A stretch of 64,000 bases of DNA. Source: a virus. How positions within the stretch are numbered: position 1 is the first letter of the stretch; each line of letters begins with the position of its first letter. The position numbers and the translations under genes were made by a program. Of this stretch, positions 1 to 10,457 are shown piece after piece. The stretch is from IMG/VR virus record IMGVR_UViG_3300027733_000039, positions 1 through 64,000 of that record; one strand, written 5' to 3'. The notes beneath the pieces are model-generated. The model had not been told where the DNA came from. It saw nothing but the letters and a program-made list of their open reading frames with translations, and searched no databases.

Positions 1-810
1 ACTCCGAACGGTCTTCGTGGCATTCCAACGGGGTTCTTTGGTCTTGATCGGATCACTGCTGGTCTTCGGCCTCAGCAACTTGTCACTTTTGTGGGTGAAG
101 CGAAAAAAGGAAAATCGCTAATCACTCTTATCATGGCACAAGCCGCACACAACCACGGCATTGTTCCCATGTACGTTTCCTTTGAAATGAGTATTGAAGA
201 GCAAGCGGCTCGTTATGACGCCATCATCTCAGGTATTCCGCACACACGCATTATCCGTGGTGACTTAACAGCCCAAGACATGGACAAGTTAAATAAGGTA
301 CTGGGACTTCGTAAAAACATGCAACCGTTTATCATGACGGAAGATACACACTCCCTCACTACAGTGAGCGCTCTTGCTGGCAAAGTGCAACAGCACAGAC
401 CACGACTCCTCATTGTTGACGGTGTTTATTTGATGGACGATGAGAACGGCGAGCCAAAAGGCTCACCCCAGGCTCTTACCAACATCACTCGTTCACTTAA
501 GCGTCTTGCCCAGCGCTTTGACATTCCAATCATTGGAACCACACAGGTGCTGTCTTGGAAACTTGGTAACAAGAAGTCAAGGCAAATCACCGCAGAGGCG
601 ATAGGTTACACCTCTTCATTCGCACAAGACTCCGATCTTGTGTTGGGTGTTGAGTCAGATCCAGATATAGACAATCAAGCAATTATCAGAGTAGTGCTTT
701 CCCGATCTTCACCTAAAGGAGAAGTTCGTATTAAGTGGGATTGGGACACGATGAACTTTACGGAGGTAGACGAAAATGCTGACGGCGACAGTGACAACTG
801 GTACTACTAA
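1..810 (+). CDS. dnaB: DnaB-like replicative helicase, C-terminal part (5' truncated)
   Basis: Frame is open from base 1: GIPTGFFGLDRITAGL, Walker A GEAKKGKS, SFEMS, Walker B LIVDGVYLM, LKRLA, QDSDLVL. Confidence 0.92.
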   Translation, partial: TPNGLRGIPTGFFGLDRITAGLRPQQLVTFVGEAKKGKSLITLIMAQAAHNHGIVPMYVSFEMSIEEQAARYDAIISGIPHTRIIRGDLTAQDMDKLNKVLGLRKNMQPFIMTEDTHSLTTVSALAGKVQQHRPRLLIVDGVYLMDDENGEPKGSPQALTNITRSLKRLAQRFDIPIIGTTQVLSWKLGNKKSRQITAEAIGYTSSFAQDSDLVLGVESDPDIDNQAIIRVVLSRSSPKGEVRIKWDWDTMNFTEVDENADGDSDNWYY

Positions 811-1699
811 TATCGCAGACGTCCTAATGGAACTTGGCGTGGATGTACGCCGCACAAGTGGTCGTGAGATTTCGGGGTGTTGCCCTGTACACGAGAAGCG
901 CACAGGGCGTGCCGATGGTTCCCCATCATGGTCAATGAACTCAGAGAGTGGTCTTTGGATTTGTCACTCGTGCGGTGCCAAAGGCACGCTTGCTTCACTT
1001 GTTTCTGAGTTGACAGGAAATCCTGACAGTGTTGCTGCTGTTAATCAGTTGCTCATTGAGACAGGTATGAATCGTCTTACTGCACCTGAGCGAGTGGAGT
1101 ACCAACCTGAAGTTGACTGGATTTCCTACAGTCGCTTTGAGCAAGTCCCTTCTTCAGTTTTACGCTCTCGCCATTTAGACGCTGATGTTGTTTTGGCACA
1201 CGGAGTTAAATGGAACATGCTTAAGAAGGCATGGGTCATTCCAATTGTGTCACCACTTGGTGAACTTCTAGGGTGGCAGGAAAAAGGTCCAGACTGGTTT
1301 AAGAACAATCCAGTGGGTATTAAGAAGAGTAGTACCTTGTTTGGCATTGAGCGCTTTCAAGCACGCACTGCCATCCTTGTTGAGTCTCCTCTAGATGTAG
1401 TTCGCTTTGCATCTACCTTTGAAGGTATCCAGGCTCTTGCAACTTTTGGAGCGCACGTTAGCAAAGAACAGATGACGATTGCCTCTAATGTTGCAGAGCG
1501 CATCATCATTGCTATGGATCATGACAAAGCAGGCACCGAGTCCGCCAAGACACTTCTGAAGTCTTTACCTCGTTTTCGTAACGGTATTTACTTCTTGCAC
1601 TACGCACACACTGATGCTAAAGACATAGGTGACATGACAGACGATGAGATTGACATTGCAGTTACCAAATCCTCAGTAGTTCCTTGGTGGCTTGCATGA
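776..1699 (+). CDS. dnaG: DNA primase (Zn finger + TOPRIM)
   Basis: CPVH...SWS...WICHSCG CHC2-type finger; TOPRIM LVESPLD and DHDKAG; KDIGD. Start codon uncertain. Confidence 0.9.
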   Translation: MLTATVTTGTTNIADVLMELGVDVRRTSGREISGCCPVHEKRTGRADGSPSWSMNSESGLWICHSCGAKGTLASLVSELTGNPDSVAAVNQLLIETGMNRLTAPERVEYQPEVDWISYSRFEQVPSSVLRSRHLDADVVLAHGVKWNMLKKAWVIPIVSPLGELLGWQEKGPDWFKNNPVGIKKSSTLFGIERFQARTAILVESPLDVVRFASTFEGIQALATFGAHVSKEQMTIASNVAERIIIAMDHDKAGTESAKTLLKSLPRFRNGIYFLHYAHTDAKDIGDMTDDEIDIAVTKSSVVPWWLA

Positions 1700-3243
1700 C
1701 CTTTAATGGCACCCTTTATCCTTTTCAACAGGAAGCGATGGAAAGAATGGCTGACCGTGGTCAGATGCTTCTTGCCATGGTCATGGGTGCTGGTAAGACT
1801 CCAACAACTTTGTCAGCATTAGAGAAACTCATGGCGGATGGAGAAGTCAAACTTACAGCCATTGTTGTTCCATCTTCATTGAAATACCAGTGGCTTCATG
1901 AGATTAAAAAGTTCACAGACTCTAAAGCCATTGTCATTGATGGTTCTAAAGCCGCCCGTGCTCCCCTCTGGCGTATGGCAAAGATGTGTAAGTACGTCAT
2001 TGTTAACTCAGAGTTACTTGTCAAAGACGAAGCAGAGTTCAAAGCACTCTCTTGTGATGCAATGGTGATTGACGAAGCAACTATTATTAAATCACCCCGT
2101 GCAAAACGTTCTCGCTTACTTAAGCGCCTAGGTGCTCGTTGTCATTACCGCTTTGCTTTAACAGGACAACCTATTGAGAACAAACCAGAAGAGTTGTTTT
2201 CTATTATGGAATTTGTTGACAAAACAGTGCTTGGTCGTTTTGACATCTTTGACCGCACTTTTATTGCTAGAGATCATTACGGCAAACCTGTTCGGTACCG
2301 CAACTTAAAGCAACTGCAAGACAGTCTTACGGAGTCCATGGTTCGCAAGACCCGTGCAGATATTGCAGACCAATTGCCTCGTGTCATCCACCAAGTTGTT
2401 CCTGTTTCTTTTGATACCGCAGGCTCCATTGCTTACCAATCCATTGCTCGTGACCTGCTTAACGAGATTCAAAAAGCCATCACATCACATGGTCGTGGTT
2501 TTGACTTGTGGTCTCATTACAACGGCAGCGACAAAGGTGGAGAAGCCCAAGGTCAGATTATGGCTCGCCTCACTATCCTTCGTATGCTTTGTGATAACCC
2601 TTCGTTGGTATTTGAGTCCGCACGCCAGTTTAGAGAAACCAGGGGTAGCGCAGGAAGCATGTATGCCAACAAGGTAACTACAAACGGTTGGCTCTCTGAA
2701 AGTACAAAAGCCCCCAAACTAAATGCAGTAATTGAATACATGACGGACATCTTGTCAGGAGAACCTGACAGTAAGATTGTGTTGTTCTCCTTCTTTAAAC
2801 GTAACTTGAGGCTCATTCAGGAGGCTATGAACTCCACTACCAATAGCGTTCTTTTCATGGGCGGTATGAATGCTGAGGAACGAGATGCCGCTAAACAGCA
2901 GTTTGCCAAAGACCCCAATACCCGTCTATTCCTCTCTTCAGACGCTGGTGGTTATGGCGTGGACTTGCCTAACGCCAATTACCTAATCTCCTATGACCTG
3001 CCATGGAGCGCTGGAAAACTGGATCAGCGAGAAGCCCGAATCATCCGTCTATCTTCGGTACACCCCCACGTTACAATTGCATCCTTCGTTATGAAAGGAT
3101 CCATTGAAGAGCGCCAATACGAAATGCTTCAACAGAAGCGTGGGATTAATGAGGCTTTCATTGATGGAAACTACGACAGTCAAGGTAAGTTTGAATTAAC
3201 TATCGGGACTCTTTCAGACTTTTTATCAACATCACAAATATAA
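1696..3243 (+). CDS. SNF2-family (SF2) helicase
   Basis: LYPFQ, MGAGKT, IDEA, LTGQP, GGYGVDL, QREARIIR. Confidence 0.9.
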   Translation: MTFNGTLYPFQQEAMERMADRGQMLLAMVMGAGKTPTTLSALEKLMADGEVKLTAIVVPSSLKYQWLHEIKKFTDSKAIVIDGSKAARAPLWRMAKMCKYVIVNSELLVKDEAEFKALSCDAMVIDEATIIKSPRAKRSRLLKRLGARCHYRFALTGQPIENKPEELFSIMEFVDKTVLGRFDIFDRTFIARDHYGKPVRYRNLKQLQDSLTESMVRKTRADIADQLPRVIHQVVPVSFDTAGSIAYQSIARDLLNEIQKAITSHGRGFDLWSHYNGSDKGGEAQGQIMARLTILRMLCDNPSLVFESARQFRETRGSAGSMYANKVTTNGWLSESTKAPKLNAVIEYMTDILSGEPDSKIVLFSFFKRNLRLIQEAMNSTTNSVLFMGGMNAEERDAAKQQFAKDPNTRLFLSSDAGGYGVDLPNANYLISYDLPWSAGKLDQREARIIRLSSVHPHVTIASFVMKGSIEERQYEMLQQKRGINEAFIDGNYDSQGKFELTIGTLSDFLSTSQI

Positions 3244-3252
3244 AGGAACAAC

Positions 3253-3684
3253 ATGGCAACTGTAAAACGAGAAAAACCTGAGACATCTATCATCGCAGAC
3301 TTTGATGAAATGCATTTAGAGCGTCTTGCTGAAGAGTTCAAGAAGTCCAAGGAGACTCTTGAAATCTTAGAGAAGCGCCACAATGAAATGAAGAAGCAAC
3401 TTAGTGAAGCCGTAGACACCTTTGGGTACTCTGACGATAAAGGACATAAGTGGCTAAAAGTTGGTAGCGCAGAACTTAAACGTGAGCGCCGTGTTTCTCG
3501 TTCCTTGGATGTCACCGCCGTAGAGCAATGGGCACGAGAAGGTGAGTACTGGGATGACATCAAAAAAGTGATTGAAGTTGTAGACGAAGATAATCTTGTT
3601 AAGTTTGCATGGGAGCACAAAGATCAATCCGATGTTGTAACTGCTTTCTATGTAGAGAAAGAGACATGGGCATTTAAAGCATGA
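3253..3684 (+). CDS. Hypothetical coiled-coil protein (Gam/Gp157-like, tentative)
   Basis: AAGGA RBS; coiled-coil N-terminus; lies in the replication operon. Confidence 0.6.
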   Translation: MATVKREKPETSIIADFDEMHLERLAEEFKKSKETLEILEKRHNEMKKQLSEAVDTFGYSDDKGHKWLKVGSAELKRERRVSRSLDVTAVEQWAREGEYWDDIKKVIEVVDEDNLVKFAWEHKDQSDVVTAFYVEKETWAFKA

Positions 3685-4118
3685 AAGATAAAGCCCTAGA
3701 AATGTTTGGTGAGTTGCCTGACTTTCCAGGTAATCGTGCGCCCAAGAATAGACCCGATTCTAAGAAGCCCACAGATTCAAACATCACTGACCGCCTTCAA
3801 GGCGCCAAATCAAAGTCTTATCGTATCAATGGTGAACAAATAGAAATGTTTACTATTGGTCAGTTAAGTAATGCATTAAACCGTAAACCTGTAACCATTC
3901 GTATGTGGGAATCTCGTGGCTGGATACCAAAAGCCACGTACCGTACGCCTAAACCAAGGGCTGCACAAATTCCTGATAAAAACATAAAAGGTCGTAGGCT
4001 TTACAGCAGAGTGCAGGTAGAGTTCCTAATCCAAGCAATACACGATTTCGCTCTAGACACTGCTACCGCAGACTGGATCGGATTCGCAAAACATACAGCA
4101 AACAACTATCCAAAATAA
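3681..4118 (+). CDS. MerR-like HTH DNA-binding protein
   Basis: FTIGQLSNALNRKPVTIRMWESRGWIP...RRLYS. Confidence 0.75.
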   Translation: MKDKALEMFGELPDFPGNRAPKNRPDSKKPTDSNITDRLQGAKSKSYRINGEQIEMFTIGQLSNALNRKPVTIRMWESRGWIPKATYRTPKPRAAQIPDKNIKGRRLYSRVQVEFLIQAIHDFALDTATADWIGFAKHTANNYPK

Positions 4119-4144
4119 ACACACAGAACAAAGGAAAAACAGAC

Positions 4145-4873
4145 ATGCCATTCAATGAATTTGAAGACGACGAGCAAGAATTCCAACCAGTAGTACGCAA
4201 GAAACCTTCCCAAGCAACTGGGAATACAGAAGTTACACGCAAACCACGTCCAACAATCGTTCTTGAAGAAGACGGTGAGACTGCACCAAAAGCCCGCAAG
4301 GTAGTTCGCAGCGGGTGGAGCGGTGTTGACTCCGTTAAGACTGGTGGCACCGACTACGCTGTTCGCCTTAAGTTGAGCGAAGAGACTCAGATCATCAAGT
4401 TCATTGGTGATGCACCCTACGCTTCCTACGGTCAACACTGGTTGGAGCGCTCAGGACAGAAGTCATTCGTTTGCATTGGCGAAGATTGCCCACTATGCAA
4501 AGCAGGCAATCGTCCATCCAAGCGCCACGCTTTCAACGTTGCCCTCCTTACCGAAGGCGAAGACACTGTGCTTCGTTCCTTGGAAGTTGGTCCTCGTGTC
4601 ATTGACCAGTTGAAGAACTTCCACAACTCGGAGCGCACGGGTCCTTTGGACAAGCACTACTGGGCGATCTCTCGCACAGGTAAGGGCGCCACTTCATCCA
4701 CACTTCTTCAGATGGTGAAAGCCGCTGACCTTGAAGAATGGAACTTGTCCGCTATCACTGAGGCAGAAGCCATTGAGTTCAATGAGACTGCTTACAACGA
4801 GGACATTATCCAAGTGCCAACTAAGCGTGACTTGATGCAAATTGCATCAGAAGAACTCGGCTACGACAACTAA
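4145..4873 (+). CDS. Probable ssDNA-binding protein (gp32-like, Zn-binding)
   Basis: HW...C...CPLC motif, ISRTGKG, acidic C-terminus, immediately upstream of PolA. Confidence 0.6.
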   Translation: MPFNEFEDDEQEFQPVVRKKPSQATGNTEVTRKPRPTIVLEEDGETAPKARKVVRSGWSGVDSVKTGGTDYAVRLKLSEETQIIKFIGDAPYASYGQHWLERSGQKSFVCIGEDCPLCKAGNRPSKRHAFNVALLTEGEDTVLRSLEVGPRVIDQLKNFHNSERTGPLDKHYWAISRTGKGATSSTLLQMVKAADLEEWNLSAITEAEAIEFNETAYNEDIIQVPTKRDLMQIASEELGYDN

Positions 4874-4876
4874 GCC

Positions 4877-6958
4877 GTGACTTTCCTTACTGAAACACTC
4901 ACGGGGCGCCCAGCGCCCCGTGTTGTGTCTACCCTTGATGAGATACAAACCATCATTACAACTTGCCAAGAGGCAGGTGCTTTTGCCTTTGACATTGAGT
5001 CTCGTGGCATCCTTTCTCGCCATCCCGATGTGCTTGAGCATATTGAGAAGGATTGGAAACAGCACATCGCCAAATTGAAGAACCCTAGTCCTGACATCTC
5101 ACGCAAAGCACGAGAAAAGGTAGAAAGCGATTACCTTAAGATGCTTGCCTTAGATCCTTTGCGTAACGAAGTCTTTTGGATTGGCATTGCTACCACAGGT
5201 ATTTCTTGGGCTATCCCTATGGGGCATAGCCAAGGTTTCTTAGTTAGCCCCGAGGAAGTTGGTGATGGTACAACTACACCACCCGAGGGCTACCGCAAGA
5301 TACTAAAGAACGGGCAAGAGTCCACAGCAAAGGCTCGTTACTTCATTCCTGCTGTATATGAAGAACCACCAACTCAATTATCTCGTTCTGTTGTGTTTGA
5401 GGCTTTGAAGCCTCTCTTCTTTAGTGACCTTACCAAGATTGGTCACAACGTAAAGTTTGATGCCCGTTCTATCAGCAAGTACTACGGTGAAGTACCCCCA
5501 GGCCCATATCGGGACACAATGTTGCTTCAGCATGCCATCAACGAGAACCTGATGTCTTACTCGTTAGAGAACTTGATTAAGCACAATTATGACAACCTAA
5601 ACCCATACGCCAGCGAAGGCAAGTTGGGTAAGATTATTGATACTGTTCCCTTTGATATGGCTGCACGCTACGTGCACTTAGATGCACGCTGGACATGGAT
5701 GCTCTACGAGCGCTTGGCTGGGTACGTCAAAAGTCAAGATGATCTGACCCGAGTAGTAGAGCAAGATTCCAAAGTACTTCGTGTGTTGATGCAGATGGAA
5801 AACGAAGGCATCCCAGTTGACTCTCAACGCCTTAAGCACCTTGGAACAGAGTTGGACGGCAAGATGCGAGACACCTTGCTTGCTTTGTCCAAGTATGCAC
5901 CCATTGGCTTTAACCCTGACTCCACAAAACATAAGCAGGCTTTTTTGTTTAACAAGAAGCGTGAAGGTGGGCTTGGCTTAAAGCCCTTTAAAGAAACCAA
6001 AGGTGGCGCTCCTTCAGTAGATGAAGAGTCATTGCATCGGCTGGAGTCAAAGCATCCTGCAATTACCTTACTCCTGGATTGGTCTGAAACGCAGAAACTT
6101 AAAACAACATATGTAGATGGTCTACTACCTAAGTTGACCAACGGACGCTTGCACCCTTCCTTCCACTTGCATCGCACCGCTACTGGTCGCTTGTCTGCGT
6201 CCAACCCAAACCTTCAGAACATTCCACGAGAGTCCAGTATCCGAAGTCTTTTTACTGCCCCCGACGGATACACCTTGATGGTTGCTGACTATGACCAAAT
6301 TGAACTCCGTGTTATGGCTATGTTTTCTAAAGACCCTGAACTTATTCACATCTTTAACAACGATATTGACATTCATGCTGGTGCTGCTGCACTTCTCTTT
6401 GGAAAGCCCGTAGAAGATGTAACCAGTGAGGAACGTCAGATCGGTAAGGGCGTTAACTTCCTTACTGCCTACGGCGGTGGTTATCAGAAGTTATCCCGTA
6501 CCACGGGTATTACCGAAGAACGGGCTAAGTACATGATTAACCGCTATTACGAGCAGTTCTCGGGACTTACGCAATGGAAGCGCCATGTCATATCCCAAGC
6601 CCGTGGTAAAGGCTACGTAAAGACCCTGACAGGGCGCAGGCGCCGTTTACCCGACATTAAGTCCTTAGACGATGAGAAGCGCTCCAGAGCCGAGAGACAG
6701 GCTATTAATGCTGTGGTGCAGGGGAGTGCCGCAGACATTTGCAAAGTAGCCATGATTGACATTGAAAAAGCCTTAGAAGGAACTGGTACTAAGATGTTGC
6801 TTCAGGTACACGACGAAATCGTGACCGCAGTACCAGAAGATTCTTGGGAGATAATTATGCCGCAATTTATAACAGCCATGGGAGACGGGGTAGTCCTGCG
6901 TGGGGTGCCCTTACGAGTGTCTTGCAATGTTGCCCACAACTGGGCAGACGCTAAGTGA
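4877..6958 (+). CDS. polA: Family A DNA polymerase with 3'-5' exonuclease domain
   Basis: FDIE, GHNVKFD, TATGRLSASNPNLQNIP, DYDQIELR, KGVNFLTAYG, QGSAAD, QVHDE. Confidence 0.97.
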   Translation: MTFLTETLTGRPAPRVVSTLDEIQTIITTCQEAGAFAFDIESRGILSRHPDVLEHIEKDWKQHIAKLKNPSPDISRKAREKVESDYLKMLALDPLRNEVFWIGIATTGISWAIPMGHSQGFLVSPEEVGDGTTTPPEGYRKILKNGQESTAKARYFIPAVYEEPPTQLSRSVVFEALKPLFFSDLTKIGHNVKFDARSISKYYGEVPPGPYRDTMLLQHAINENLMSYSLENLIKHNYDNLNPYASEGKLGKIIDTVPFDMAARYVHLDARWTWMLYERLAGYVKSQDDLTRVVEQDSKVLRVLMQMENEGIPVDSQRLKHLGTELDGKMRDTLLALSKYAPIGFNPDSTKHKQAFLFNKKREGGLGLKPFKETKGGAPSVDEESLHRLESKHPAITLLLDWSETQKLKTTYVDGLLPKLTNGRLHPSFHLHRTATGRLSASNPNLQNIPRESSIRSLFTAPDGYTLMVADYDQIELRVMAMFSKDPELIHIFNNDIDIHAGAAALLFGKPVEDVTSEERQIGKGVNFLTAYGGGYQKLSRTTGITEERAKYMINRYYEQFSGLTQWKRHVISQARGKGYVKTLTGRRRRLPDIKSLDDEKRSRAERQAINAVVQGSAADICKVAMIDIEKALEGTGTKMLLQVHDEIVTAVPEDSWEIIMPQFITAMGDGVVLRGVPLRVSCNVAHNWADAK

Positions 6959-7314
6959 TGACCGATATTGATAAGCGTAATTTCTATTTGATGCTTTCAG
7001 TTTCTGAAGGACAGACTTACGCCCACCAAATGGGGTTTTCACCACCATCAGTAGATGTTGAAGACGTAGAACTCGCAGACGTAATGTCACGTTGGGGAGT
7101 GCTAATGGCTACAGATGTCTACAGTGAAATTACCGAAGGTTCCCTTTGGTTTGCTGATTTTCTAGAAAAGTCCGATAAACTAATATCTCCCAAAGAAGAG
7201 ATCATTTCGGTGTTCACTGTCTTTGGAATGGCTTTGCTAAATAAATTAATAGAGTCAGAAAAGATCCTACTCATGCTGGATCAGTTTGAATTAGAAGGAG
7301 AAGAATATGAGTGA
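6955..7314 (+). CDS. Hypothetical protein
   Basis: Translationally coupled ORF between polA and the next gene. Confidence 0.65.
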   Translation: MMTDIDKRNFYLMLSVSEGQTYAHQMGFSPPSVDVEDVELADVMSRWGVLMATDVYSEITEGSLWFADFLEKSDKLISPKEEIISVFTVFGMALLNKLIESEKILLMLDQFELEGEEYE

Positions 7315-7705
7315 TTGGTGGGCAAAAAAGATTGCAGGAGAAAAACCAACTCCTGAACGCACTTACGCAACACCACCTACTACTCCAGCCTTGCGCTTTA
7401 CAACGCCCGAGGCACCACCACACAGACCTTTACAAGAGGGTGAGCGTCAAGCACTACTTGACCCACAACGACAACCTACAGAACAAATTGGAATGGGCGA
7501 TGCCATCAGACTTTGGAAAGGCGGAGAAGCCGCACGAAAAGAAGGAAACATGTCGTGTCCTGAATGCGGAAGTAAAAACGTTTTTAGTCGTGTGGGACGT
7601 GGTTCAAACAGTATGATCAACGGGGCACAGCCAGCACCACGTTGTTTTGAATGTGGCTGGAATGGTAAGTACGGACAAGCCGATCAATCAAGTTGGAGCG
7701 TTTAA
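7307..7705 (+). CDS. Hypothetical Zn-ribbon protein
   Basis: CPECG...CFECG at the C-terminus; AGGAG RBS. Confidence 0.7.
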   Translation: MSDWWAKKIAGEKPTPERTYATPPTTPALRFTTPEAPPHRPLQEGERQALLDPQRQPTEQIGMGDAIRLWKGGEAARKEGNMSCPECGSKNVFSRVGRGSNSMINGAQPAPRCFECGWNGKYGQADQSSWSV

Positions 7706-8722
7706 ATGTCAGACTACGAGAGCCTCAGATCAATCATCAATGCCATGAACAAGAAGTATGGCGAAGGACATATCGTAAAAGGAAGTGATGTTCGCCAAGA
7801 AATGCCACGCATTACATCGGGTATTCTTGCTTTTGACTTGATGCTTGGTGGTGGTTGGCCTGCTAACCAGTGGAGTGAAATCATTGGAGAAGAATCGTCA
7901 GGTAAGACCGCTCTTGCGTACAAGACCATTGCGGCTAACCAAGCACTCAACCCTGACTTCTGCGCTCTTTGGGTTGCTGCTGAAGAGTACGTCCCTGACT
8001 ACGCCAAATCTCTTGGTGTAGACCTTGATCGCTTGTGGGTTGTTGAGTCCAACATCATGGAACACGTTTACGATCTCGTTATCAAGACGCTAGACAATCG
8101 TGCTGTAGACCTCATTGTTATTGACTCCCTTCCAGCGCTAGTTCCTGGTGATGAGTCAGAGAAAATGATGGAAGAGTTCACTGTTGGTTTAGGTGCACGA
8201 CTCACAGGTAAGTTCTTCCGTAAGTCTTCTAAAGCACAAAAGCGTTCGTTGATCCATGATGAACGAGAGTGCACAGGCTTGATGATTAACCAGTGGCGTG
8301 AAAAGATTGGCGTGATGTACGGAGATAATCGTACGACCCCAGGTGGCAAGGCTAAGAACTTCCATTACTTCACTCGTGTAGAAGTAAAGCGTGACGAGTG
8401 GATTAAAACCAAAGATGAGACCGTAGGTCAAACCATCAAGGCTCGTACCATTAAGAACAAGACTTACCGACCACAACAAGTGGCTGTCGTGGATTACTAC
8501 TTTGCGCCAACGCAAGGATTTGATCGTGGTGACTTTGACACTACAAAAGACGTTGTGAATATTGCCATTGCATACGATTTGATTACTCGTGCAGGCGCTT
8601 ACTACTCTTATGGCGAACAGCGTTGGCAAGGTAAAGACGCAGTCCTACAGTCCGTGCGAGAAGACACAACCCTTCGTGAAGGGATCACCAAAGCCGTCTT
8701 TGAGAAGTTTGGATTGGCGTGA
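7706..8722 (+). CDS. recA: RecA recombinase
   Basis: GEESSGKT, VIDSL, INQWREKIG, TTPGGKA, KNK, GAYYSY. Confidence 0.96.
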   Translation: MSDYESLRSIINAMNKKYGEGHIVKGSDVRQEMPRITSGILAFDLMLGGGWPANQWSEIIGEESSGKTALAYKTIAANQALNPDFCALWVAAEEYVPDYAKSLGVDLDRLWVVESNIMEHVYDLVIKTLDNRAVDLIVIDSLPALVPGDESEKMMEEFTVGLGARLTGKFFRKSSKAQKRSLIHDERECTGLMINQWREKIGVMYGDNRTTPGGKAKNFHYFTRVEVKRDEWIKTKDETVGQTIKARTIKNKTYRPQQVAVVDYYFAPTQGFDRGDFDTTKDVVNIAIAYDLITRAGAYYSYGEQRWQGKDAVLQSVREDTTLREGITKAVFEKFGLA

Positions 8723-9060
8723 TCTTTGGTGGGGACAGCACAGACCGCAAAGCGATCAACAAGAAGTCCAAGCGCCAAGAGCAACGCTCTGCCAAGTCCT
8801 ACAAGGGATCACGCAACGCTGGCTCAGGATCAGGTTGGCTTCGTAAGAATGACGTTCGCACTGCTGACATCCTCATTGAAAACAAGTTTACGACTAATGA
8901 AACTCAGATAACTCTTAAGCACAAAGATCTTGCAGAACTCATTGAGCGTGCCATTCTGGAAGATAGGCTCCCTGTATTACAGTTTGACCTACATAACCGA
9001 CGTTATGTTGTTCTTACTGAAGATGACTTCCTAGAAATGAGTGGTTTAAATAATGACTGA
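8719..9060 (+). CDS. PD-(D/E)xK nuclease, resolvase-like
   Basis: QEQR...GSGSGWLRKND...IENKFT. Confidence 0.7.
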   Translation: MIFGGDSTDRKAINKKSKRQEQRSAKSYKGSRNAGSGSGWLRKNDVRTADILIENKFTTNETQITLKHKDLAELIERAILEDRLPVLQFDLHNRRYVVLTEDDFLEMSGLNND

Positions 9061-10093
9061 AACACCATGGCACCTTCAAGAGTACAAGAAGGCGCTTACT
9101 GCTAAAGGTAAGGTTGTGCCTCTCGTACAAGGTTTGCTTATTCAGCAACGCCTTGATTCCAACCGTGATACTCTGCATCTGCACCCTAGTGAAATCTCTA
9201 AAAAAGATTGGTGCCCACGCTCATCTTGGTACACCATCAAAGGCTACAAAGGCATTGAAGACAAGTTTGGCTTTCAGCGTTTAAACGTATTTGCTGAAGG
9301 TCATTCCATCCACTCCAAGTGGCAGAACTGGATTAAAGACTTAGGTTTTCTTAAAGGTATGTGGCAGTGCTCAAGTACTGTGTGTAACCACAAGTGGGAA
9401 GACACCTCCCCTAAAGCCTGCCCAAGTTGCGGTATCCCTTATCCGCTATATCGGGAAGTGCCCGTCACTAATGAATACCATCGGATCCTTGGACATGCTG
9501 ACGGTATTGTGGACACAGGTAAAGAGCCACCATTCTTGATTGAACTAAAGAGTGTGGGCGCTGGCACCGTGCGTTACGAAAGTTATGACATCTTTAAAGA
9601 TGCTGACGGCAACCCCGATGAGATGTGGAAGCGCATTAGGCAACCCTTCCCGTCACATGTCCGACAAGCCATGCTCTACATGTACTGCACGGGCATACAC
9701 ACCATGGTTTTTATCTATGAATGGAAAGCCACCCAGGACGTAAAAGAGTTTGTAGTGCATTTCCAGCAAGAGTTAGTAGATCCTATTTTGACCGCTTGCG
9801 AAACGGTTACCAAGGCGCTAGATTCATCTATCCCACCTATGCGTCCTGCATGGGTGAACGATTCAGACCACAAAACATGCAAGACATGCCCACACAAAAA
9901 GACATGCTGGAAGGAAGACAATGACAACACGAACTATTACACGACCAGAGCCACTGACACAGACAACACCGACACAATCACAATCACAAACGACAGCGCA
10001 AGCGCAGTTCAGCAAGAAGTTCACACTGCCACCACGCCCGACATCGGAGATTCCACAGTTACCCGAATACCTGGACGAGTTATCCGACGCTGA
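9053..10093 (+). CDS. Cas4/RecB-like exonuclease
   Basis: HPSE...WCPR, GHSIH, GHADG, IELKS, QAMLYM, CKTCP....CW. Confidence 0.85.
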   Translation: MTETPWHLQEYKKALTAKGKVVPLVQGLLIQQRLDSNRDTLHLHPSEISKKDWCPRSSWYTIKGYKGIEDKFGFQRLNVFAEGHSIHSKWQNWIKDLGFLKGMWQCSSTVCNHKWEDTSPKACPSCGIPYPLYREVPVTNEYHRILGHADGIVDTGKEPPFLIELKSVGAGTVRYESYDIFKDADGNPDEMWKRIRQPFPSHVRQAMLYMYCTGIHTMVFIYEWKATQDVKEFVVHFQQELVDPILTACETVTKALDSSIPPMRPAWVNDSDHKTCKTCPHKKTCWKEDNDNTNYYTTRATDTDNTDTITITNDSASAVQQEVHTATTPDIGDSTVTRIPGRVIRR

Positions 10094-10457
10094 ACTTATG
10101 TCCCTTTACGGGGAACTCATGGCGTGGGTTTCTTACGCTAAAGCCGAGTTAGTTACAGCAGAGATTGACGAAGAGCGCCAAGCCAACAACTGCCGCATCA
10201 TTGAAGCACAGATACTGATCGGTCAATGGGGAGATAACGCTAAAGGTGACACCGTCACACTTGCTAAAGCACGCCGTGATGTTGACCCCCGTGTGATTGA
10301 GCAACAAGAAGCGCACCTCACTACTCGTGCTTACCGCAAGATGGTGGATTCAGTATTTGAAAGATGTGAGCGAAGCGCCCAAGTGCTCTCCCGAGAACTT
10401 AGTAGACGTATCAGTGTGGCTCCACAAGAGCGCCGTCAAGCCCGTTACCTCCCATGA
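9921..10457 (+). CDS. Hypothetical helical protein (possible recombination accessory)
   Basis: AGGAAG RBS; coiled-coil ending in LSRELSRR; coupled to the next gene. Confidence 0.65.
   Translation: MTTRTITRPEPLTQTTPTQSQSQTTAQAQFSKKFTLPPRPTSEIPQLPEYLDELSDAELMSLYGELMAWVSYAKAELVTAEIDEERQANNCRIIEAQILIGQWGDNAKGDTVTLAKARRDVDPRVIEQQEAHLTTRAYRKMVDSVFERCERSAQVLSRELSRRISVAPQERRQARYLP

Noticed and set aside
4877-8722. Inteins or introns in polA or recA
   Set aside because: Frames are continuous and of normal length, with no intein HN-C/S/T or LAGLIDADG motifs seen.
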